From Strigamia acuminata (lineage: Eukaryota), in NCBI GenBank assembly GCA_949358305.1, contig OX442314.1:31930001-31994000 (forward strand): a DNA stretch of 64,000 bases, read 5' to 3'. Position 1 is the first letter of the stretch. Each line of letters begins with the position of its first letter. The notes under the pieces are model-generated. The model saw nothing but the letters and a program-made list of their open reading frames with translations. It made no database searches and was not told where the DNA came from. This document shows positions 32,060 through 42,684 of this stretch, piece after piece. The translations under genes were made by a program, and so were the position numbers.

Positions 32060-35041
32060 ATGGCGACTCCAAGCGAAAAGAGACCACGAGGACGACCAGC
32101 GAAGAAACAATTGGCGATCGAATTACAAGTCGTGGATCCTGAAGTTCCAGCGATTGAAGAACAGTTTGAAGCTATGGATCAAACTGTGAGCGTGAACGAC
32201 GGCACGCCATGTTTGGAAGAACAAACGTCGCAACCGTTTAACGGCCAGTCGAATTTGAATATTCCGACTGGAAGCGGCTATTCCAAGCAACATAAAGATG
32301 ATTTGAACGCGTCAACACAAGTTCAATCATCTAGTGCCGAACATTCAATGCACTCCTCACCTTTGCTGCTGCAAGGTAGAGAACCGCCCGACTCGGAGGT
32401 TTCTTCTTCTCCGGTGCGTGTCACAATGATAGACGCACTTCGTGAGCAAGCTAAGCTCGCCGGAGTGGAAGTCATCGATGAGATGACAGTGGAAGAACTC
32501 CACCAGGCAATGGTTGAAAAACATAGCCAAAAAGCAGTCGAAACGCTCAAGACTAGCTTACAAATTGAGTTCGAAAGGCAACATGCTGAGTTACAACAGC
32601 AAAATGCAGAACTTAAGCGACAACGCGCACACGATCATGTGCAGTTGCTAAACTTCGAGCAGGAAAAGGCTTCATGGCTAATAACTGACGAAGAGCATCA
32701 AAAGATGCAACAGCAGCTAAATCAAGCTAAAAAAGATTTAGAAACTGCTAATGAGAATTTGAGAATTGCAAATTCCAATCTCATGACTGCCGAATTAAAT
32801 TCACAAGCTAAACAGAAGCAAGTTAACCCTTCTTCTCAACAGCTAGAGCAATGTTCAGTAGAACAGGCAGCCAGAGCTAAGAGATTAGCTCAGCGAGAAA
32901 ATGAATTATTTCTCGCTCAACAGCGGTCAGTAATTGACGCTGGTCAAAATGCTAGAAGTCTGAGCACTGCAGAGCAATTATTGCGTGCCGACTTAGCAGC
33001 CCAAGCTCGTGAAAATGAAATTCTTCGTGCCGATTTATTAAAAGCACAGGAAGAATTCGAGGAAGTTGTGCAACGTGTGCAAGCTACCTCAAGTGATTCG
33101 ATGTTTGCAAAACCAAACCCAGTTTTGCAAAAAGGTGCTCCAAAATCACCTTCGTTGATTAATTTGAATTCAACTGAGTCGAAGCTCAGTCGCCAGTCCA
33201 GTTGGACCGATAGTGATGACTCGCGAAGTAGTCGTAGCAGCCGTGGCAGCCGTCATGGCCGAAAAAAGCGAAAACGACAACCGGACCCGACCGAATATCA
33301 TCCGTCGAAGGCTTCGCAGAATACGGACCAGTTCTTTAGCAACAGTGACCGATTACTCGGAATGTTGGCTGACAAGAACAAACAGCGTGAGGAATCACGT
33401 GATCATGGCCGAGCACATGATAATCCGCGAGATGGCTCGTCCAAACGTGGATGTCCCGAAGACATTCGAGACGGACCAAGGTATCGTGAAGGTCCACCAG
33501 ACGGAGATCCGCCTGGAGGGGACGACCCACATGGACATGGCGGTGGCCACTCAGGTGGCCACAATTCGAATGGCAATTATGGTAGAAGGGGACCCCCAGA
33601 TGGAGATCGTGGTCCGCCCAATGATAACGATCCTCCTGACCCCGATCCACCGCCAAATTTTGCGAATCACGAGTCAGCGTCTGATACTGACTCCTCACAC
33701 CCAAGTGTGAGAGGGCGCTCGCGTCACAGAACGCGTGGTAGAAGCCCGAACCAAGCTTTTTATACGAAAGCTGAGATTGACCAACTTCTGCGACAGAATG
33801 TCGGCAATCAGCAAAAGGACAGAAGAGATAAAGTCATTTTGCAAAAAATCAGCGAGTTCACATCCGATAAGTGGACTCATAGAGCGAATGATGAGAGATT
33901 TATTCGATGGGATCGAGTAGTCCCTCGTGCCTATAATGGATCCTGGCGAGCAGGGTCCAATTTCTTACTAGAAGTATTTGAATTAGGCAAAGAGCACAAT
34001 TTCGGTTGTGAAAGCGCTCTAGACCATCTAGTACCAAAAATGCTAGTCGGAGACGTCAAAGAATGGTTTCGTCGTCGAAACTTCACGAAGTGGGATGACT
34101 TCGTTACTAAATTTATGTTTAAATTTGGAGAATCGAGCGAAGACATCAAAATGCTTTGGAGAAGCTTAAAGCAACGAAAAGGCGAAAGCTTACATTCGTA
34201 CATGCTTAGGGCAGAGAATCTGCTTGGCAGGGTGCCTCATGAAGTAACCGATGCAACTGCCGACGATCAGTTTCGTGCTGGTCTCAACGAATATTCAAAA
34301 AATATTCTAATGATGTCTAACGCACCAGACCCTGGGAAATTCTCAGAATTAAATGAATTTATGGAAGTAAATCAACTTCGTATTGAAGAAAAGTATAAAG
34401 CATACTTGACTGACGCTGAAAGGTCAGCTTTCCTACAGCGAGAGAAAAAGCTTGCTGAGAAAAATCATGAAACCTGCAATGGTTTGCAATTGATGCTTCC
34501 CCCTAGTTATGAAGATATACTAGATGAAATGGAAGAGAAGAAGTCGAAAAAAGATTCTTCTAAAAAAGAGGTAAACAATCCTCATTCCGTTCCGAAGTTA
34601 CGTGCAAATGTAGCAGGAGCTGAAAGTCCAACCTCTGACGCTGAAAAAGTTGAAGAAGAGGGAGAAGGAGAAGATGAGACATTGGCTTTATTGGCCAAAA
34701 CGGCTGCATTATTAGCCAAAAATAATTCAGTTGCTGGCAAATGGAAGCCAAGAATGAAGCCTAAAACAGTTTCATTCAATACTGACAAGGTGAATAAAGA
34801 AAGAAATTCAAAATCACCTGCAGCATCACCTGAGCGTCGCTCAGACACTCGTTCTCGTTCTGCTTCACCAGCAGGTAAGAAAAAGAAGTCACCTTCTACC
34901 GATCCCTGCAACTTATGTAAAAAGTTGGGACATTGGCAAAGAGATTGCCCCACTGCTACCAAGAAAGACAAACCAGTAACATCAGCTGAGTTTGAAAAAG
35001 CAGTAAAAGTTTTGATGGATTTATTCGCAAAAAACTTATAG
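32060..35041 (+). CDS. gag: Gag, 993 aa, with N-terminal extension, capsid-like region and CCHC knuckle
   Basis: CNLCKKLGHWQRDC knuckle; LKQRKGESLHSY major-homology-like motif; long Q/E/A-rich coiled-coil-like segment. Confidence 0.93.
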   Translation: MATPSEKRPRGRPAKKQLAIELQVVDPEVPAIEEQFEAMDQTVSVNDGTPCLEEQTSQPFNGQSNLNIPTGSGYSKQHKDDLNASTQVQSSSAEHSMHSSPLLLQGREPPDSEVSSSPVRVTMIDALREQAKLAGVEVIDEMTVEELHQAMVEKHSQKAVETLKTSLQIEFERQHAELQQQNAELKRQRAHDHVQLLNFEQEKASWLITDEEHQKMQQQLNQAKKDLETANENLRIANSNLMTAELNSQAKQKQVNPSSQQLEQCSVEQAARAKRLAQRENELFLAQQRSVIDAGQNARSLSTAEQLLRADLAAQARENEILRADLLKAQEEFEEVVQRVQATSSDSMFAKPNPVLQKGAPKSPSLINLNSTESKLSRQSSWTDSDDSRSSRSSRGSRHGRKKRKRQPDPTEYHPSKASQNTDQFFSNSDRLLGMLADKNKQREESRDHGRAHDNPRDGSSKRGCPEDIRDGPRYREGPPDGDPPGGDDPHGHGGGHSGGHNSNGNYGRRGPPDGDRGPPNDNDPPDPDPPPNFANHESASDTDSSHPSVRGRSRHRTRGRSPNQAFYTKAEIDQLLRQNVGNQQKDRRDKVILQKISEFTSDKWTHRANDERFIRWDRVVPRAYNGSWRAGSNFLLEVFELGKEHNFGCESALDHLVPKMLVGDVKEWFRRRNFTKWDDFVTKFMFKFGESSEDIKMLWRSLKQRKGESLHSYMLRAENLLGRVPHEVTDATADDQFRAGLNEYSKNILMMSNAPDPGKFSELNEFMEVNQLRIEEKYKAYLTDAERSAFLQREKKLAEKNHETCNGLQLMLPPSYEDILDEMEEKKSKKDSSKKEVNNPHSVPKLRANVAGAESPTSDAEKVEEEGEGEDETLALLAKTAALLAKNNSVAGKWKPRMKPKTVSFNTDKVNKERNSKSPAASPERRSDTRSRSASPAGKKKKSPSTDPCNLCKKLGHWQRDCPTATKKDKPVTSAEFEKAVKVLMDLFAKNL

Positions 35042-35075
35042 ACGCAGATCCATCAGGTCTAGTGGATCCTGCGTC
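35029..35075 (+). promoter_or_regulatory. -1 ribosomal frameshift signal (A AAA AAC plus hairpin)
   Basis: Heptamer 35029-35035 is in gag phase; stem GACGCAGATCCA/TGGATCCTGCGTC at 35041-35075; the -1 frame is open into pol. Confidence 0.85.
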
Positions 35076-38000
35076 CCCTCCGAAATCGGAATCGGAAAAT
35101 GAAGTTCTGAAATTATTGGAAAAAGTTGAAATTATTCTGGATGAAGTAATTCTTCCAGAAGATGTAAAAAATAATAATTCCAATCTTCAGACAGAAGTCG
35201 ATAGACCAAGCTCAGTTCCGGAAACACCTGGAATTGAGGAATGCATTAAGTTATTTGCAGCTACAACTCTTGAAACCAATGAGTTATTAGATGAGTTGCC
35301 ATTGGAACCTCCAATTGCAATGCCTTCTAAATTGCGCAAGTTTGAGTGCAAAGTGGCTGGTATTCCCAACAGCCAAGATCTCCCAACGTTAAAATTAGAA
35401 ACGTTGAAAGGAGTCATAACTGGAATGTTAGACTCGGGAGCAAATAAGAGCTTCCTTGCGACTTCCGTTATCAATCAATTAGGTCTTGAAAAGTACATGC
35501 GACCTATCGGACCTGGAGTTCGAGTTACGACCGCAAGTGAAGAAGTCACTCCAGATGGGACGATCCATCTTTCATTTCGATGGACTCATGGCACATTACG
35601 TCATCCGTTCATTGTCATACCAAACAAGTATCCAATGGTACTTTTGGGTTGTGATTTCATGAATAAATTAGGAATCCAACCTAATCCACAGACGATGTCG
35701 TGGAATTTCTTGCAACCTGTGGATGCAAATTTATCCTACATTCCGCAAGCGTTGTTAGATCGATACATTGAGAAACTAGAGGAACCAGATTCCTCATTTG
35801 TGACTTTCGCAAAAGCTGATGCTGCAAGCGTAACTCAATCAAAAATTGATGAACAGAATTTCATCCAGAAGTTAGTGGAAGAAGCTAACTTAAATTTGGA
35901 GCAATCTAACTTATTAGAAAAAATGTTGATCAAACATAAAAAGATCATTTCTAAAGAACCAGGCAAAACTCACTTAGTTCAACACAAGATTGAGTTAGAC
36001 ACGGACAAACCCATCCGCGTCCCCTTCAAGAGCATAAACCCTCAAAAAAGGGAAATTATCAGACAGCTTTGTCAAGATAAGATTGACAAAGACATAGTCG
36101 TCAAAGCTGAAGGCGATTATGGGATGCGGCCTGTCTTAGTCATGCGACCAGGCAATGACCCGCGTCTGTGTATCGATTTTCGACCAATCAATACACATAC
36201 TAAGTACAACCCCCCTCAAATGCCAACTATTGAGGAAATCATGCGAGAAATCGGTGAATTCGAGTGGGTTAGTACGATAGATCTGACCAAGGGATATTGG
36301 CAGATAGAGCTTCGTGAAGAAGACAAAGTCAAAACGGCTTTTTGGAGTCCAATGGGAAGGCTTATGTTTAAAGTAATGCCTTTCGGACTTGTAAACGCGC
36401 CTACCACTTTCCAAGAGTTGATGGAAAAAGTTTTAGGTGACGTTTACCGTAAGTTCGCCTGGGCTTACCTGGACGATATAATCGTCGTGTCCAAATCGTT
36501 TGAAGAACACGTCAAACATTTGGATATAGTTTTTGCCAAGCTGCAAGAAGCAAATTTGCATGCCCACCCTGGAAAAACTCATTTGTGTAGAAAGAAATTA
36601 ATCTTCCTGGGATACAAAGTAGGAGTCAATGGACTCAGCGTTGACCCTAAAAAAGTCGCCGCCATCACTGAATTTCCCGCTCCTACAAATTTGAAGGAGC
36701 TACAGAGATTTCTAGGCATGGTAAATTTCTTCCATCGCCTAATCAAGAATTTGGCCACAGTGGCAGAACCACTACGGCCACTCTTGAAAAAGGATGCAGA
36801 TTTCGAATGGGAATTGCACCATCAGGCAGCGTTCGATGCAATCAAAAACTTGCTTACGAACGCTGAAACAATGAAGATGCCGGATTTATATTCGCCCTTC
36901 ATTGTTCACACTGATGCCAGCAGGCAAGGTTTGGGCGCAGCCCTCACACAAAAGAAGATTGTGGATGGCGAAGATATAGAGATGCCATGCGTGTATGCAA
37001 GCAGAAGCTTGCAGCCCGCTGAGAAGAATTATACTGTGACAGAATTAGAATGTCTCGCAGTAGTATGGGGATTACGCAAATTTCGCCCATACTTAGAGTA
37101 CACAACATTTACTGTACAAACGGATCACCAAGCCTTGAAATGGTTGATGTCGTTAGCCGACCCGTCTGGCAGATTAGCTCGTTGGCAAATGGAGCTGATG
37201 GCGTATTCATTCGAAATTCAGTACGTGAAAGGGCCATTAAATGTTGTCGCCGAAGCATTATCTCGTGCACCAGTCAGTGCACCTGACGATCCAGAAGATG
37301 ATGGCGATAACGATGATTTATTATCGTATTGTCCATCTCCTTGTCGAAGTTGGCAAATGGGAAAACTGAACGAGTTGCCCAAATCGATCATAGTGAATGA
37401 AGAAGACAATAATATTGTCACTTTTTGCCACAAAATTCATGATCCATCAGGAACACCTGATATCGAGTTAAGAGCTATGATGGCTAAACAATTCGAGTTG
37501 CCAACAACTAATGTTTTAATCAAAGCATTTGCAGCCAAAATTGCTAAGCAATTGGACTGCGATCCTCCAACGAGGAACGACATTATAGAGGCCCAAAAAC
37601 AAGATAAATTCTGCCAAATAATTCGTAATTTTATTGTAAATAAAATATACCCAGAGTATTTGTACAATGCACCAAACAAAAATCATTTCAAAAGAGTTGC
37701 TAGTACTTATCTGATTGAAGACGATATGTTACTTCATTATCATCCTACCTCTACAGATGAATTAGGAGAGGATGGTAGGGTGCTCAAAGTTGTAGTACCC
37801 AAAAAATTGATTTATAAAATCATTTGGTTGATGCACGGACATCCCTTATCTGGGCACCCAGGTATAGCACGAACTATGTACCGAACTCGAAGAGTGTACA
37901 CGTGGAAAGGCATGAAACGCGACATAACTCGCTTTATTCAGCATTGCCAAGGATGTCAAGCATGCAAGCCTAGATCGAAGACAGAAATGGAGGCTGCTCA

Positions 38001-39222
38001 AATGGGACCTTACGGACCTTTTGACTGCCTCAGCGTTGACTTGTCTGGTCCAAAGCCGAGAACTAGAAAGAATAACACGCATATTTGTGTAATACTTGAT
38101 ATAGCTACACATTGGCCGGAATTATTTCCAATGTGTAATCCGACCGCAATTAAAATTGCTAATTGCATATATCACTTATCAATAACTTTTGGTTTTCCAA
38201 GACAAATTATAAGTGATAATGGGCCACAATTTCGATCATTGGTCTATAAGGAATTTTGCAAAAAATTCGGAATGTCACCAAAAACGACATCAATATACCA
38301 TCCACAGGCAAACCCTGTGGAAAGAACAAATAGGGATATTAAATACATGGTTTCAATTTATTTAGATATTCACGACCAATGGGATGAATATCTACGCGAA
38401 TTCGCATTCAGTTTAAGAACGACTGTAACAAGAGGCAGAGATTATTCTCCTGCTTTCTTGAATTTTTTCCGCGAATTACGTATTCCGTGGGATCCAAGGA
38501 TTCCCGACGGAATTTTGGTTATTGACCCAAAAAATCCGCACTTGTATGTGCAGAAATTAGAAGCAATTATCGCGGAGACGTATCAACATATGATGTCTCA
38601 TATTTTGGATTTAAGGCGTCGAGTCGATGCCGAAAAATCAGACAAAAAATTCGATAATTTCAGACAAAACGATTTAGTCTGGAGAGAGTCACATATTCTC
38701 TCAAATGCCGCAAAAGGAATTTCTGCCGGTATTTCTCCAAAAAGAACAGGGCCATACGTAATTGTAAAAAGATTGCAAGGTGGCGCCTTTCAACTTCGTC
38801 GACTAGCTGATAATAAAAATTATCCAGCAGTCCACGGCACCGAATTACAGCCGTATTTTCCTAAGTTCAACCAAGAAATTTGGTTGGAAGGGGAAGAAGT
38901 AGGTCAAAAAACGAAAAACATCGTAAATACTTTGGATGACTCACAATTGTCCAAAATTCCTATTGACACGGAATCGAATTCGATTGGAATATCGAAACCA
39001 AAAAATGACGAAGTCGCCCAAATCGATAAACGACTTGAAAATGTTTCTCTCGATGAAAATCTAGAAAAAGAAATATTTTTAGAAGATGAAACTTCATCAA
39101 AAAATAAAGAAAACTCATCTGACACTCAAAACGACTCAGATGACAATCTAAACAAACTGGATTGTTCTTCGAAGAAATCAAAGTACAATTTGCGACCCCG
39201 CGTTCCGCGAGTCGCGAAATAA
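35032..39222 (+). CDS. pol: Pol (protease, RT, RNase H, integrase), reached by frameshift
   Basis: LDSGA protease, YLDD RT, HTDAS/ELECLA/TDH RNase H, HGHPLSGH..CQGC zinc finger, DDE core; uninterrupted 1386+ codons. Confidence 0.96.
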   Translation, partial: KLIDADPSGLVDPASPPKSESENEVLKLLEKVEIILDEVILPEDVKNNNSNLQTEVDRPSSVPETPGIEECIKLFAATTLETNELLDELPLEPPIAMPSKLRKFECKVAGIPNSQDLPTLKLETLKGVITGMLDSGANKSFLATSVINQLGLEKYMRPIGPGVRVTTASEEVTPDGTIHLSFRWTHGTLRHPFIVIPNKYPMVLLGCDFMNKLGIQPNPQTMSWNFLQPVDANLSYIPQALLDRYIEKLEEPDSSFVTFAKADAASVTQSKIDEQNFIQKLVEEANLNLEQSNLLEKMLIKHKKIISKEPGKTHLVQHKIELDTDKPIRVPFKSINPQKREIIRQLCQDKIDKDIVVKAEGDYGMRPVLVMRPGNDPRLCIDFRPINTHTKYNPPQMPTIEEIMREIGEFEWVSTIDLTKGYWQIELREEDKVKTAFWSPMGRLMFKVMPFGLVNAPTTFQELMEKVLGDVYRKFAWAYLDDIIVVSKSFEEHVKHLDIVFAKLQEANLHAHPGKTHLCRKKLIFLGYKVGVNGLSVDPKKVAAITEFPAPTNLKELQRFLGMVNFFHRLIKNLATVAEPLRPLLKKDADFEWELHHQAAFDAIKNLLTNAETMKMPDLYSPFIVHTDASRQGLGAALTQKKIVDGEDIEMPCVYASRSLQPAEKNYTVTELECLAVVWGLRKFRPYLEYTTFTVQTDHQALKWLMSLADPSGRLARWQMELMAYSFEIQYVKGPLNVVAEALSRAPVSAPDDPEDDGDNDDLLSYCPSPCRSWQMGKLNELPKSIIVNEEDNNIVTFCHKIHDPSGTPDIELRAMMAKQFELPTTNVLIKAFAAKIAKQLDCDPPTRNDIIEAQKQDKFCQIIRNFIVNKIYPEYLYNAPNKNHFKRVASTYLIEDDMLLHYHPTSTDELGEDGRVLKVVVPKKLIYKIIWLMHGHPLSGHPGIARTMYRTRRVYTWKGMKRDITRFIQHCQGCQACKPRSKTEMEAAQMGPYGPFDCLSVDLSGPKPRTRKNNTHICVILDIATHWPELFPMCNPTAIKIANCIYHLSITFGFPRQIISDNGPQFRSLVYKEFCKKFGMSPKTTSIYHPQANPVERTNRDIKYMVSIYLDIHDQWDEYLREFAFSLRTTVTRGRDYSPAFLNFFRELRIPWDPRIPDGILVIDPKNPHLYVQKLEAIIAETYQHMMSHILDLRRRVDAEKSDKKFDNFRQNDLVWRESHILSNAAKGISAGISPKRTGPYVIVKRLQGGAFQLRRLADNKNYPAVHGTELQPYFPKFNQEIWLEGEEVGQKTKNIVNTLDDSQLSKIPIDTESNSIGISKPKNDEVAQIDKRLENVSLDENLEKEIFLEDETSSKNKENSSDTQNDSDDNLNKLDCSSKKSKYNLRPRVPRVAK

Positions 39223-39316
39223 CTTTTCTTTCACCTTTTGAAAGTTCCCAAAAGGTTCACGAGAGCAAACTCGTGACGTCATCAATAGTCCGCTATTCGA
39301 TGACAAACGTCTATAA

Positions 39317-41107
39317 GTTGTTATAATTAATGACTTTCCGGGGTTTTTCCTGTCAAAAGCGCTCCGAGCTGCCGCCGCGCAGCTCCTAGTCGACGAAAAT
39401 CGACAGCTGACTCGTCAACTCGAGGCAGATGAGAACGCGCGCTGCGCACTCCCTTTCTTCCGCGAGGACGAAATTCCGGCTCCGACGCCAATCTTTTCCG
39501 CGCCGCAAGACGAGGATTTGAGGGTGGGACGACTCCCTCCCGCTGGATCAAGCACTGGACCACAGCGACGTGAATCCAGCCGCGACCGAGAGGAGCAACA
39601 GAGGCGATCGCGCCCCTACACCACGGACGCGCCACCGAATCGTCCACCGTCGCGAAGAGGCCGAACTCCGGAGTCTTTATTCTCCTCGTCCTCCCAGAGC
39701 GTGGAATCCGACACGACCGTCAAATCCGCACGCAGTGGCAGAACGGCGTCCACTTACAGAGTGGACAACCCCGCCATTCCATACGCAATGCGTCGTGTTG
39801 TCGGGGATATCTCCCCCGACTTTAGCGTGCCTGTGCCAGGACACGCTAGCCGCTTGCCGGAGCATGGATATGTTGCCCGCTTGCCTGCCGGAGTTAGTAA
39901 CTTACAGCTCCGGCCGTTTTTCAACGAGTCTTTCGGACCCCAGTGGACCTGCTACGAGCAGCAACCCATTAGAGCGCAGCAAGAAGTGCTCAAGAAGCTG
40001 GACGCCTACCAAAGCGCCCAGCTAGCCGAATCACAGAAGGATTGGCAGAGACTAGCTGAAAGGCTAGAACTCTCCGACATCAAAACGATTGATGATCCCC
40101 GTCTGATGGATTTTCAGCGTCAGCTGATTTCGGGGATGACCAGGGTGTTGTACCCTGGTGTTCTTCCTTCGCCAGGACAGGCGTTGGCGGCCATTACCTA
40201 CCTGTGGACCGCCCCGATGGGCCTGTCGGAGGATAAAGTCGAGTTGTGGTACCACATCAGACTGGACCCGCCTACGATTCTAGCCGAATTAATAAAGCAG
40301 ATCGTAGCAAACGGCGAAACTGAAGAAGAAGCCGCCGTTCGGTTGAGGACCGAATGGTCATTTGCGAAGGCCACGGCGCAGCAGGCTCGAAGTGTTCCGC
40401 CTCCCGCTACCTGCGCCACAGCAGCCGCGTCATTAGCTGCTTTCCAGTCGGCTCAAGAAGCGCCTGGATGTTCTTTTTGGGCGGAGAACCGAAGAAGTTC
40501 TCAAACTCCATCCGGAGTTCAAGCGGTGACGATGCCCCGCATGCTCCCAGGTGCTGGTCGAGCCCAAGGACGAGGGAATTTGCCCTCGCCAACCTCCGCA
40601 CCCGCGTTGGTTTTTGCTGGTTCGCTGAGCCAGTTCGACGACGTCGGAGAAGAGGACTCACGTCCGCCGCCGCCGCCGCCGTCAGTCAAGCCAATGAAGA
40701 AGGAATCGGCCTTCAAAACGTTGATGCGGTTGTATCCGCATTTTTACTTAACGCCGGACACACGGACGGTGTTAAGTAACGACAGTCAACTCTCGAGGCG
40801 AGTGTTTATGTGGCTCGAAGACCACATCCGGGTGTTGAGCCCTCCGTCGATTCTCCATGATCGGCTCCTGAAGGCGCGATTGGCGCCAATGGATCCAATT
40901 GAGTTCGCGGCCATGGGGTTCTTCAACCGAGCCAATTCCGCAAGGATCCTCCAGGTTTGGCTTCACGTCAACCCTGGAATGGTCTCCGGACCAAACGCAG
41001 GTCGCGACCTGTGTATCGTCAACGAGCGATCAGATCCGCGGAACAACGCCACGGACATGATGCGCCCGTCGACGCCTGAGAAGAGTCAGGGCATGGACGA
41101 ATCTTAA
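39317..41107 (+). CDS. Gypsy ORF3, unknown function (copy of 1301-3091)
   Basis: Same as 1301-3091. Confidence 0.8.
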   Translation, partial: VVIINDFPGFFLSKALRAAAAQLLVDENRQLTRQLEADENARCALPFFREDEIPAPTPIFSAPQDEDLRVGRLPPAGSSTGPQRRESSRDREEQQRRSRPYTTDAPPNRPPSRRGRTPESLFSSSSQSVESDTTVKSARSGRTASTYRVDNPAIPYAMRRVVGDISPDFSVPVPGHASRLPEHGYVARLPAGVSNLQLRPFFNESFGPQWTCYEQQPIRAQQEVLKKLDAYQSAQLAESQKDWQRLAERLELSDIKTIDDPRLMDFQRQLISGMTRVLYPGVLPSPGQALAAITYLWTAPMGLSEDKVELWYHIRLDPPTILAELIKQIVANGETEEEAAVRLRTEWSFAKATAQQARSVPPPATCATAAASLAAFQSAQEAPGCSFWAENRRSSQTPSGVQAVTMPRMLPGAGRAQGRGNLPSPTSAPALVFAGSLSQFDDVGEEDSRPPPPPPSVKPMKKESAFKTLMRLYPHFYLTPDTRTVLSNDSQLSRRVFMWLEDHIRVLSPPSILHDRLLKARLAPMDPIEFAAMGFFNRANSARILQVWLHVNPGMVSGPNAGRDLCIVNERSDPRNNATDMMRPSTPEKSQGMDES

Positions 41108-41159
41108 ATTGGATTCGTTCATTTCTCTCCATGTAAGATTCGTCTTAAATGGGGGGATG

Positions 41160-42113
41160 TGTGGTGATCTCAAATATTTCACCAACTTAGAAGATAAATT
41201 AATTGTGTCTTCTAATTAATTTGACTGTGGCACACGCCAAGTCGAATCATGTGACGAAGGGGAGGAAACTTCCCTAGGCACATATCATCCCAGGTTGGCT
41301 GGGGTGAAAACGGTAATTAACCGTTATGGTGCAATATTGGGCAATAATCCTTTGTTGCACCAGTTTCAGCTAATTGCGCAGATTATCTGCGCAATATTGA
41401 AGCGTGCCGGGCTCGCGCCCTAGCTTCAATCGGGACTCTAATCACAACATCACAACCCACAACATCACTGCGATATTTGCTCCGACAATACGTATTGACA
41501 GTGGACCGTGATACGATTAGTTTTACCTGCTATTTTTGTACAAGAAACGTACAAAGCCAGCAATTCAGCTTGAATTAGCCGTCGCTAATTCCAGCCATCG
41601 AGAAGAAGAAGTTTCCCGACGATCGTGAACCATCGCCGTCGCTGCCGCGCGAACGCCAGCCACCGCCATCGTACGAGAGCCGGACGCCTGTAGCCGTCAA
41701 CCACCGCCATCGAGCCGTCGCACGAGCCGCAGAAGGACCCACGAGAACCATCGTCGCCAGGACCATCGTTCGTGAGTCGATTAACGAAGACATTTTGCCT
41801 TCGTAACAACTCCAAGTTGTTAAGCGCCATCGCCGCGCTTTGTAGCTCGTAACAGTCGTTACGAGCCCTCCATTGTTTTTCCCGCTCATTATTTTGCGAC
41901 ATTGTCGCTTCGTATTATCTTTACTAGTCATTGTAATTTAACTGAATAAATATATTGTGAATTTTATTGATAAAAACTGTCTTTTTATTCCTATTCTTAT
42001 AAATTAACCCTAGATAATTTTCGGCCGCGATATAAGTCTTATTTTAGCATTCACCTGCGGTTTCCGAGCATATTAATTAGTAATTTGTTCGAAATAACCC
42101 GGATCGCAGCACA
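41160..42113 (+). repeat. Gypsy 3' LTR
   Basis: Copy of 3144-4097, preceded by the PPT. Confidence 0.93.
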
Positions 42114-42684
42114 ATTATTATTGCAATAAAAAAACTTGCAAATGTAAACAAACCTTAGAAAATATTTATTACCACACTATTGTGCATGAAACACACGGAA
42201 AATGTAATATATCTTGCGCTAGCTGATAGTTTCGATTAGACCACAACAGACCACCAAAACTATCCAATGTCTCAAATGTCGGCAGTGTCGTCGGGTTAGC
42301 AGTGGGAATGTCCTTTCTTTCTCATATTTAGTTTTCGAATCAATCTTGGTGGCCAACTTGTCCAAACTAGAGCTGCATCAAATTGGACCAAAAGTTAAGC
42401 ACGTTTGTTACCTGTTGTCATCCCAGAATGCAGTGCGGCTATATATTATGTTGCACTGTAAGCGATCAATGCCCTTTTGTGCCGTGCCTTGCGAGTTTGG
42501 AGACCTAACCTAACCTAATTCAAATTTTAATATTAACACCCTCCCCCAAATAGTGACCAAGAAAACGATCATGCGGAAAAGGAAAAGAATCGTTACGCCT
42601 GGTGCAGTGGCAGCGATCGGTAATGGGCGGATGATTGGTAGTGTCGCTGTAGAAAATAATACATGCGCGTGGGATAAGCTACTA

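Larger units (their letters stand above)
1..38016. repeat. One period of a 38,016-bp near-identical tandem duplication (phase arbitrary, set by the window start)
   Basis: ORFs recur with the same translation at +38016 (1502/39518, 7117/45133, 14988/53004, 24523/62539); window end 64000 matches 25984. Confidence 0.97.
30992..42113 (+). mobile_element. Full-length Ty3/Gypsy LTR retrotransposon (11.1 kb): LTR-PBS-gag-pol-ORF3-PPT-LTR
   Basis: Domain order PR-RT-RH-IN, two ~953-bp LTRs, PBS and PPT; flanks aacat / attat do not form a TSD. Confidence 0.95.
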
